DNA of 24,000 nt from Tissierella praeacuta DSM 18095. GTDB taxonomy: Bacteria; Bacillota; Clostridia; Tissierellales; Tissierellaceae. The stretch spans positions 125,856-149,855 of the forward strand of contig NZ_FQTY01000005.1 in NCBI RefSeq assembly GCF_900128955.1, given 5' to 3'. Of the stretch, positions 16,775 through 23,775 are shown piece after piece (position 1 is the stretch's first letter; each line of letters starts with the position of its first letter). The notes under the pieces were generated by a model that worked only from the letters and a program-made list of their open reading frames with translations, ran no database searches and was not told the DNA's origin. The translations under genes were made by a program, and so were the position numbers.

Positions 16775-18598
16775 TTAAACATAGTATTTCGCCTGGGTTT
16801 GATAATATTTAGCATAATCTCCATTTTTATCTATAAGTTCTCTATGAGAGCCCTGTTCAAATATAGTCTTATTCTTTATAAAAATAATTTGATCAGCAGT
16901 TGATGCACAAGTCATTCTATGAGAAATATAAATAACAAGTTTATCTGCAGCTAAATTCTTGAATTTGCTTAATAAATCATCTTCAGATATTGGGTCTAAT
17001 GCAGATGACGGCTCGTCCAGCATTATTACTGGTGTTTCTCTAAACAAAGCTCTAGCCAATGCAAGCTTTTGATTTTCTCCTCCTGAAAGAATTACTCCGT
17101 CTTCATAAAAAATCTTATCAAGGTTTGTATGTATCCCTTTAGGTAAAGTTTTAATCTTACCACCTAATCCAACTTCTTGAAGATATGAAGAAATCTTAAA
17201 TTCATTACTATCATTGGATTTATTCAAAGCTACATTTTCAGCAATTGTAAAAGAAAAGTATTTAAAATCTTGAAAAACTATGCTAAATATATTTCTATAA
17301 TCCATATAATCTATTTGATTTATTGGAATATTATTTAAGTATATGGTTCCTGAAGTTGGTTCATATAATCCGCTTATTAAATTAATTAGGGTACTCTTTC
17401 CTGCTCCATTTTCTCCAACAATAACGTAGACTTTACCATATTCAAAAACATAATTTATATTTTCCAGAACATATTTATCTGTTCCTGGATAAGCAAAATA
17501 TACATTCTCTAAACGTATTGTTAAATCATTACCTTTTAATACACTCTCTATTGTTTTTATTTCTCCATTTTTTAATAAGATATCATTATTTCTCTTAATA
17601 TCACTTTCCAGCTCCATAAATTCTCTAAAAGATTCTATATACTTTCCATTTATATTTAATTGAGTTATAAATCCTACAAAGTTTAATATAGCACTTGAAA
17701 GCTGACTTGTAGCAGTAAAATATTGAGAAAATTGTCCCACAGTTATATTACCAATAAAAGTTTTCCATGCTAAATATAAATAAATGCCGTTACTTTTTAA
17801 ATTTTCTCCTATTATACTTACTATTTTAATATTCATACTCGTATTGTATAATTTTTTCAATCTAATTCTTAAAAAGCTTAGAGTAGTCAAATATTTGTTC
17901 ATAATCCAGTCAACAAATCCAAACATCTTCATTTCTTTTGCAGAACTACTCTCCCCCATAATCCTTATATAATAGTTAAGAATACGTGTTAAATATATAT
18001 TTTCATCTCTTTGTGAGATTTTCCAATTCTCCGATTTTAAATTTAGATAAACAGAAAAAAATGAAAAAAGTATTATAACGAAAATTAAATTAATATCTGC
18101 AGAGATTATTATAATGGTAGTAGATATAATTAATACTATACTTGATAAAGAATGAAATAAACTATTTATTAAATTGATACCTATTCCTTTATAGATTATA
18201 TCTTGGGCTAAAGCTAATTTTTGATGAGTTTCCGGCAAGTCTAATTGTGCCATATCTAATGATACGACCTTTTTATTAATAATTAATAAAAAATGCATTG
18301 CATAAAGATGCCCATTAAGATTCACATATTTTTCAGTCAAAATCGCAGTAATTAGTGATGCTGTCAATTGAATTAAAATATAAATTAAAATATAGTTTAC
18401 TATTTCACTAAAATTCTTACGGTTAATTAATCCATCAATTATTAGTTTCGGTATTATTATATATATTAATGGAATTAAACCTTCTATAATTGAAATTATT
18501 CCTTGGGATATGACATAGGATTTACTAAACTCAAAAACATATTTGAAAAAATAAAAATTATTCTTTATATTGTTTTTATAATTTTTTTTAGAGTCCAT
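16775..18598 (-). CDS. ABC exporter, fused permease and ATPase (no N-terminal C39 peptidase domain)
   Basis: 607 aa with an N-terminal six-TM-type domain. Walker A GENGAGKST, signature LSGGENQKLALARAL, Walker B IMLDEPSSALD. AAAGGAG RBS. Confidence 0.9.
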   Translation of the reverse strand: MDSKKNYKNNIKNNFYFFKYVFEFSKSYVISQGIISIIEGLIPLIYIIIPKLIIDGLINRKNFSEIVNYILIYILIQLTASLITAILTEKYVNLNGHLYAMHFLLIINKKVVSLDMAQLDLPETHQKLALAQDIIYKGIGINLINSLFHSLSSIVLIISTTIIIISADINLIFVIILFSFFSVYLNLKSENWKISQRDENIYLTRILNYYIRIMGESSSAKEMKMFGFVDWIMNKYLTTLSFLRIRLKKLYNTSMNIKIVSIIGENLKSNGIYLYLAWKTFIGNITVGQFSQYFTATSQLSSAILNFVGFITQLNINGKYIESFREFMELESDIKRNNDILLKNGEIKTIESVLKGNDLTIRLENVYFAYPGTDKYVLENINYVFEYGKVYVIVGENGAGKSTLINLISGLYEPTSGTIYLNNIPINQIDYMDYRNIFSIVFQDFKYFSFTIAENVALNKSNDSNEFKISSYLQEVGLGGKIKTLPKGIHTNLDKIFYEDGVILSGGENQKLALARALFRETPVIMLDEPSSALDPISEDDLLSKFKNLAADKLVIYISHRMTCASTADQIIFIKNKTIFEQGSHRELIDKNGDYAKYYQTQAKYYV

Positions 18599-18635
18599 AT
18601 AAGCTCCTTTTTTCTTGATAATATAAACATCAAGG

Positions 18636-18673
18636 GGCTGGTATTTAAATAAATAACAATTTAAGTACCAGCC
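18636..18673 (-). promoter_or_regulatory. Stem-loop between precursor A and the ABC gene (possible partial terminator or processing site)
   Basis: GGCTGGTA-22 nt-TACCAGCC, 14 nt after the precursor A stop. There is no clean U-tract. Confidence 0.35.
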
Positions 18674-18686
18674 AACTGATATTTAA

Positions 18687-18914
18687 CTAATTTGCAGTCC
18701 CGCAGCCGCAGCCACAGCCCATTCCATTTGGAGGGCAGGTATTACCGCCACCTTCACCAGAACAATTACAACCACACCCATAGCCAGGATAATCCCCGCC
18801 ATTCCCTGGCGGAAAGCCTGTACAGCCACAGCCATAACCATTTTGACAACCACAGCCACAACCCATACCAGGATTATCATTACCATTAAAGCATGAATTT
18901 CTAACTATCTCCAT
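18687..18914 (-). CDS. Cys/Gly-rich precursor peptide A (75 aa, 13 Cys, 24 Gly; four GCGC blocks)
   Basis: MEIVRNSCFNGNDNPGMGCGCGCQNGYGCGCTGFPPGNGGDYPGYGCGCNCSGEGGGNTCPPNGMGCGCGCGTAN. AGAGGTGAT RBS 5 nt upstream. Of the three overlapping ORFs here, only this frame has an RBS and shares its N-terminus and core type with peptides B and C. Confidence 0.75.
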   Translation of the reverse strand: MEIVRNSCFNGNDNPGMGCGCGCQNGYGCGCTGFPPGNGGDYPGYGCGCNCSGEGGGNTCPPNGMGCGCGCGTAN

Positions 18915-19102
18915 GGAATATCACCTCTTTTCTAAAATATATTATTAATATATTTTAAGCCCATGAATTAATAAAATATTGTCTGAAATAAACTAGATTA
19001 CTATATTCATACTCATTTATATCTTTAAAATCTCAATATTTTAATATACGATTTTCATATTAATACCTACTAATCAAGTCCTTAAAAATTACATACTTTG
19101 AA

Positions 19103-19210
19103 TTATGCTTTAGTCCCACAACCACAACCACATCCACATCCGCAGCCACATCCTGCCCCACTAGCCATAATCGATATACCATTATTTTTTTCATCTCTAA
19201 TTATATCCAC
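19103..19210 (-). CDS. Cys/Gly-rich precursor peptide B (35 aa; the core is a pure (GC)6 repeat)
   Basis: Hand translation from GTG 19208-19210 gives MDIIRDEKNNGISIMASGAGCGCGCGCGCGCGTKA. GGAGGTG RBS 7 nt upstream. It lies 73 nt downstream of the radical SAM gene. Not in the ORF track. Confidence 0.7.
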   Translation of the reverse strand: MDIIRDEKNNGISIMASGAGCGCGCGCGCGCGTKA

Positions 19211-19283
19211 ATTATCACCTCCACATTAATATATTATTTATTATTCTATATTCATGTGCTTAAAACCAAAGAATTTAAGCATA

Positions 19284-20621
19284 TTACCTATAAGTACTTA
19301 TTAAATTTTCTAATTCGCTTTCTTCAATTTTGGGATCACAAAAATATTTTTCCCCATGAACACGTCCATTTACACATCTACCGCCAAAACAAATTGGTAA
19401 TACCCTACACTCCTTGCACTCATCTTGCAAGTCAACCTTATTACTAATCCACCTAGAATGTTTATCTTCAGCTAAATTCATTGAACCATCTTCTGATATG
19501 TATCCAATTTTATTAAGATCATCATCTAATGATAAGGTACATTTTAAAATCGAACCATCATAATCAATTATTAAATTATTGTGTTTAGAAGCATAACATA
19601 CCCTACTATAAGGTCGTGTCATAACATCCACCACATCATTGTTTATGTTTAGCTGTTTTATTACTTTAGCAATATTTACAGAGGATTTAGCAACATCTAA
19701 TTTATCTAGTATATCTAATTTATCATCATTACAGCCACCAAGTCTTTTTATACCTTCATAATATATACTAAACCTATTATCAAAATTTTCTTTTATATAT
19801 TTATAAAATTCTTCTGCCCGTAAAAATACTTCATCATTAAAATTAGTGCGTATTGTTACTTTAAAATTATAATCCGTGCTAGCCATATATTTCAAATTTT
19901 CCATTATCTTGTCCCAACTACCTCTACCATCAACACTAGCCCTATACTTATCATGAGTTTCTTTAAATCCATCTACTGTTATCTGATAATATCTACAGTT
20001 TAAAGAAGAAAGAACTTCAAACCTTTCTGGATATATCAACGCACCATTTGTTGTTGCGCTTGCACTATAAGGAATTCCGTACTCTTCACATAATGATTTT
20101 ACTTTTCCTAAAAAAGCTACAACTTTATCATATTCTACAAATGGTTCTCCGCCAAAAAGTGATATAGCAACACCTGTATATAATTTATTTCTTAGAGAAT
20201 TATCTATATACTTCAATATACTGCTATAAAGGTCTTCTGTCATAGCTTTATTCTCATGTTCTTCATAGCAGTAAATACATCTGAGATTACATTGCCTTGT
20301 TACAATTAAAGTCAGTACTAAGGTAGTATCTCTTACAACATCCCTTTCATAACAATACCTAGCAAATTCATATTCTCTTCTATCTTTAGGAACTAGAATC
20401 CCTTTTTCATAAAAAGTCAATATCATCTCATCAGAGTTATCATAAATAATTGTATCTTTTTCCATTATCTCTCTCAATTTTCTAACATTTATTTCTGAAT
20501 AAATGTAAATTATTGCACCAGAAAGAGAATTATAAACCAAATATGTACCGTCCTCTTTAGGTATAAAAAAATTATAATAGCTTTTTTTCAATACATTTGG
20601 TTTTATCATAAGCTTTTCCAT
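19284..20621 (-). CDS. Radical SAM/SPASM peptide-modifying enzyme with an N-terminal RRE-like extension
   Basis: 445 aa. CNLRCIYC (CxxxCxxC) sits about 110 residues in. The C-terminal SPASM pattern is CYASKHNNLIIDYDGSILKC (Cx13Gx4C), then CKECRVLPICFGGRC, then FCDPK. GAGGAG RBS. Confidence 0.9.
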   Translation of the reverse strand: MEKLMIKPNVLKKSYYNFFIPKEDGTYLVYNSLSGAIIYIYSEINVRKLREIMEKDTIIYDNSDEMILTFYEKGILVPKDRREYEFARYCYERDVVRDTTLVLTLIVTRQCNLRCIYCYEEHENKAMTEDLYSSILKYIDNSLRNKLYTGVAISLFGGEPFVEYDKVVAFLGKVKSLCEEYGIPYSASATTNGALIYPERFEVLSSLNCRYYQITVDGFKETHDKYRASVDGRGSWDKIMENLKYMASTDYNFKVTIRTNFNDEVFLRAEEFYKYIKENFDNRFSIYYEGIKRLGGCNDDKLDILDKLDVAKSSVNIAKVIKQLNINNDVVDVMTRPYSRVCYASKHNNLIIDYDGSILKCTLSLDDDLNKIGYISEDGSMNLAEDKHSRWISNKVDLQDECKECRVLPICFGGRCVNGRVHGEKYFCDPKIEESELENLISTYR

Positions 20622-20696
20622 TAAATCATCTCCTCATATAATATGATCATCCCCAACTTATAAGCCACCTAAGTATATTTAATTCTTTACATAGCT

Positions 20697-20850
20697 ATAT
20701 TTCCCCTATCCTCCCCTCTAGTTTTAATATCATTAAAAAACTGCTAATGGAAAAGAAGTAATTAAATTTCATCCATTAATCACATTACTGTCAAATTTAT
20801 TATTGTTAGAATTAAGATAATAAGCCATATATCCTTTTTGCATTGCTTAT
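20697..20850 (-). pseudogene. agrB remnant, copy 3 (3' third only)
   Basis: Aligns by eye with agrB 14.57-14.75 kb, for example CTGCTAATGGAAAAGAAGTAATTAAATTTCAT versus CTACTAATGGCAAAGAAGTAATTAATTTCAT. It is joined directly to the agr 5'-UTR and has no intact frame. Confidence 0.7.
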
Positions 20851-20856
20851 ATCATA

Positions 20857-20943
20857 CTCTTTCCCTTATAATAATAATAGCAGGTACGATTTTAAATAGT
20901 TAAAACTTGGAGTAAGTGGTCTTTTTTTGGGCTGAACGGTTTT
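20857..20943. repeat. agr divergent-promoter segment, copy 3 (between the rSAM operon and the LytTR regulator gene)
   Basis: Core 20892-20941 is near-identical to 15204-15253. The minus-strand TTAACT-18-TATTAT (20874-20903) keeps the -35, -10 and 18-nt spacing although the spacer sequence has diverged. Confidence 0.8.
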
Positions 20944-20956
20944 TAGGAGGATAGTT

Positions 20957-21682
20957 ATGTTCAAAATTGGGATTTGTGAGGATAATAAAATTTTTTCATT
21001 AGAATTGAAGTCAATTATTGAAAGAAAATTTACTCAGTACAATTTAGAATCTAAAATAAATTGCTTTTATTCAGGAGAAGACACTCTTGAAGGTATTCTA
21101 AATGCAAAGGAAAGGTATGATATTATATTTTTTGATATAGAGCTACCAAAATTAAATGGAATAGAAGTAGCACGAAAAATTAGGGAATTATATGATGATA
21201 CCATATTTATATTTATCACATATCTAGATGAAAAGGTATATGAAGCTTTAGATTTAACAATTTTTCATTTTATTAGAAAAAGTCATTTTCAAAAGGAAAT
21301 TAATTTAATTCTTGATTCATTAATAAAAAAACTTGACTATTTAACTGAAAAATATGCCTTTCCCATAGGGGAAGATAATGTTTATTTTAGACTTTATGAT
21401 ATTTTATATCTTGAAATATTAAATAGACAATTAATTATACATACTAAAGAAAATGTATATACTTCAACCTATCGTTCCTTAAAAGATATTTCATTTGATT
21501 TAACAAAAAAACATTTTTATGAAGTATATCGAGGGATTATGGTTAATCTCAATCATGTAAAGGATTTTATAGATAATAAAATTATCCTTTCTAATGGAGA
21601 TATAGTTTATATAGCAAGAAGAAGACTCAATGGATTTAAAGAAGAATTCTATAAATATATTTCATCCAAGAGAGAGGGATAA
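20957..21682 (+). CDS. agrA: LytTR-family response regulator (AgrA-like)
   Basis: 241 aa with an N-terminal receiver domain (YDIIFFDIELPKLNG acceptor-Asp region) and a C-terminal LytTR-type domain (..YRGIMVNLNHV..). AGGAGG RBS. Confidence 0.85.
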   Translation: MFKIGICEDNKIFSLELKSIIERKFTQYNLESKINCFYSGEDTLEGILNAKERYDIIFFDIELPKLNGIEVARKIRELYDDTIFIFITYLDEKVYEALDLTIFHFIRKSHFQKEINLILDSLIKKLDYLTEKYAFPIGEDNVYFRLYDILYLEILNRQLIIHTKENVYTSTYRSLKDISFDLTKKHFYEVYRGIMVNLNHVKDFIDNKIILSNGDIVYIARRRLNGFKEEFYKYISSKREG

Positions 21683-21684
21683 TA

Positions 21685-23013
21685 ATGTCACGTCTTAATA
21701 TTATATTAAACTTTTTATTCTGTATAATAGATGCTATGATCTTTATAAATCTGTTATATATTTTTAAAGATAATAAAAGCGAATACAAATTCACTGATAA
21801 TATCTCTATAATAGCAGGAATATCCATTGCAATATTCTTCTTTACTCAGTTGGGAATTATTCCTTACACTAAGGTAATCCTTATTTCAATAGTTCTGTTT
21901 TTTATAACATTTTTATATGAACTTAGATTATATCAACAACTTTTAATTGTTATATTATATTATTTTATATTAATTATATCAGAATTATTAATTACATTAT
22001 TAGCTTCAAATATTTTAAGTGTAGGTGTAGATAGTATTGGAAAACACAACTATTCTTTCTTTTTTTTAGGAACAATTAGTAAGTTCTTATCTATATTAAT
22101 TCTTTCGTTAGTTAAAAGAAGATTTGCCAATAGGAAAATCATACTTCCTATAATTCTAAATTATATTATTATATTGATATTACTAATATCTACTATTTCA
22201 ATGGTTTTATTGTTTTATTCTAATTTAAATTCGCATTCTAAAAGTATTCAATTTATTTTATTTCTTGTTTGTTTATTTACCTTATTTACTAGCATAGGCA
22301 TCTTGATAATTTATTTTTATGCAAACGATTTTTATATTGATTTACAAAAAGAAACTACTAAAAAAATTTATGATAAGTCATACGAAAAATTTATAGCTAA
22401 TGCTGAATTGAGAAATGACTCTTTAGCTAAAATATGGCATGATATAGGAAACCATATTAAAGTCTTAGAAAAAATGAACAAAATAGAAAATAATACTGAT
22501 ATTGAATATATTAATTCAATAAAAAATAGACTTAAATCAATTCCCAATACCATAAATACTGGAAATAAATTAATAGATATAATATTGAATGATAAGTATT
22601 CAGAAGGTATTATGAAAGGTATAGACTTTGATATAAAAGCAATAGCTCCTCCTAAAATAGACATTGATGATATGGACTTAAGTTCTATATTGTTTAATAC
22701 TATAGATAATGCAATAGAAGCTTGTCTAAATTATAGTGGGAAGAATAAATATATTTATTTAGAGTTATATCCAGATGGAAACTTTTTATGTTATAAAATT
22801 AAAAACACATATACTCCTATTAAAAATACCTCTGTTAAAAATTTTTACTTTAACAAAAAACAATATATTTCTTCTGGATATGGGCTTAGTATAATAAAAG
22901 ATATTGTAAATAAGTATGATGGCTACATGGATATAAATAAAGATGATAAAGAGTATTCAGTTACTATTGTTCTTCATTTAAATAACCAATCAGTCCAAGA
23001 AATAACCACTTAG
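21685..23013 (+). CDS. agrC: AgrC-like (HPK10-type) membrane sensor histidine kinase
   Basis: 442 aa with about 6 N-terminal TM helices. H-box KIWHDIGNHIKVL, N-box LFNTIDNAIEA, G-box SSGYGLSIIKDIV. Starts 3 nt after the regulator stop. Confidence 0.85.
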   Translation: MSRLNIILNFLFCIIDAMIFINLLYIFKDNKSEYKFTDNISIIAGISIAIFFFTQLGIIPYTKVILISIVLFFITFLYELRLYQQLLIVILYYFILIISELLITLLASNILSVGVDSIGKHNYSFFFLGTISKFLSILILSLVKRRFANRKIILPIILNYIIILILLISTISMVLLFYSNLNSHSKSIQFILFLVCLFTLFTSIGILIIYFYANDFYIDLQKETTKKIYDKSYEKFIANAELRNDSLAKIWHDIGNHIKVLEKMNKIENNTDIEYINSIKNRLKSIPNTINTGNKLIDIILNDKYSEGIMKGIDFDIKAIAPPKIDIDDMDLSSILFNTIDNAIEACLNYSGKNKYIYLELYPDGNFLCYKIKNTYTPIKNTSVKNFYFNKKQYISSGYGLSIIKDIVNKYDGYMDINKDDKEYSVTIVLHLNNQSVQEITT

Positions 23014-23087
23014 TCCAAATTTAAACTGTCTTTAGTTTTGTTTGTTATAATAATTATAAAATTTGGTACAAAATAAAGGAGGTATTT

Positions 23088-23273
23088 ATGAAGGATTTTG
23101 TAAAAGATTTTTTTACAAAAAGATTAGAATTAAATTTTATTAATATTTTAATGATAGCTTTACTTGTTTATGTCTATAATCTTTCTGGAAACAAATATTT
23201 TTTAGTCTACCTTTTTTTCTTTAGACTTATTGCATTATGTATAGATTATCTGACAGATTATTTAAAAAATTAA
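23088..23273 (+). CDS. Small hypothetical membrane protein
   Basis: 61 aa with a strong AAGGAGG RBS and two hydrophobic segments. No recognisable motif. Confidence 0.45.
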   Translation: MKDFVKDFFTKRLELNFINILMIALLVYVYNLSGNKYFLVYLFFFRLIALCIDYLTDYLKN

Positions 23274-23380
23274 ATACATCCTAGCCTAAAATTTTCTTAA
23301 TCAAAATTTTTCTTGAAAAATCATTCACCTTATCTTTAGATTTTTATATATTTTAATTTTAAAGATAAATAAACCTTTTA

Positions 23381-23427
23381 TAATAAACAGACAGTGGCTT
23401 TATGTAAAGCCACTGTCTGTTTATTAT
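23381..23427. terminator. Bidirectional intrinsic terminator
   Basis: TAATAAACAGACAGTGGCTTT-atgt-AAAGCCACTGTCTGTTTATTA is a 21-bp perfect stem flanked by A/T-rich runs. Confidence 0.75.
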
Positions 23428-23430
23428 AAA

Positions 23431-23622
23431 TTACAAATCATAATCGTCCCAATAAAAATCAAATTCATCTCCCATATTATCTATATAATATTTATAATCA
23501 CGATCTTCATATGCCCATATAGATTCTCTACCCCTATCTCCTTCATAATTTCTATATGGACCACCATTATAATAAAACCTCTTAAGATTAGTATCATATA
23601 ATTTGCGTGCTATCCCAATCAC
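23431..23622 (-). CDS. Hypothetical Tyr/Asp-rich protein, possibly the 3' part of a disrupted gene
   Basis: 63-aa ORF from GTG. The in-frame upstream sequence (to the stop at 23722-23724) encodes a TM-like segment NIATILIAIFTLRVLLLCIVIGIA but has no canonical start codon or RBS. Confidence 0.3.
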   Translation of the reverse strand: MIGIARKLYDTNLKRFYYNGGPYRNYEGDRGRESIWAYEDRDYKYYIDNMGDEFDFYWDDYDL

Positions 23623-23775
23623 TATACATAGTAGCAGTACCCTTAGCGTAAATATAGCAATTAATATAGTAGCAATATTAGAAACAGTAGCATTTTTTTC
23701 AATTCCATTATCATCAAATAGCTACTATCAATGATTAATTTACAATAAGTATAACAGATATAATTGATTTATTGC

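Noticed and set aside
18683-18889. Two further ORFs overlapping precursor A: a Val/Ala-rich 67-aa minus-strand ORF (18683-18886) and a His-rich 65-aa plus-strand ORF (18692-18889)
   Set aside because: Both are frame artefacts of the TGY-GGN hexamer repeat, since any frame of such a tract is stop-free. Neither has an RBS. Neither shares the MEI[VIL]R[ND] N-terminus or the core type that links the chosen frame to peptides B and C.
16500-19160. Possibility that the short periodic CCACA(A/G/T)CC tracts are a CRISPR array or a non-coding microsatellite
   Set aside because: The period is 6 bp, with no spacers and no cas genes. Each tract sits in a small ORF with an RBS and a shared N-terminal peptide motif, next to a peptide-modifying enzyme. 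Coding Gly-Cys repeats explain them.
15110-20943. Possibility that the ~156-bp repeats are an insertion sequence, MITE or other mobile element
   Set aside because: There is no transposase or integrase, no terminal inverted repeats and no target-site duplications. The repeats are recognisable pieces of the agrB gene and its promoter, so segmental duplication of the agr locus is the simpler explanation.
1467-22664. Short ORFs lying antisense inside long genes (1467-1769+, 2901-3101+, 3591-3776+, 4784-5005+, 5844-6050+, 6446-6739+, 8592-8819-, 9441-9659-, 9855-10097-, 12338-12547-, 15576-15854+, 16706-16903+, 17784-17972+, 19256-19447+, 21636-21827-, 22368-22664-)
   Set aside because: Each is fully or largely embedded opposite a longer ORF that has strong family motifs. 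They lack RBSs and have low-complexity or odd composition. These are typical shadow ORFs of AT-rich DNA.
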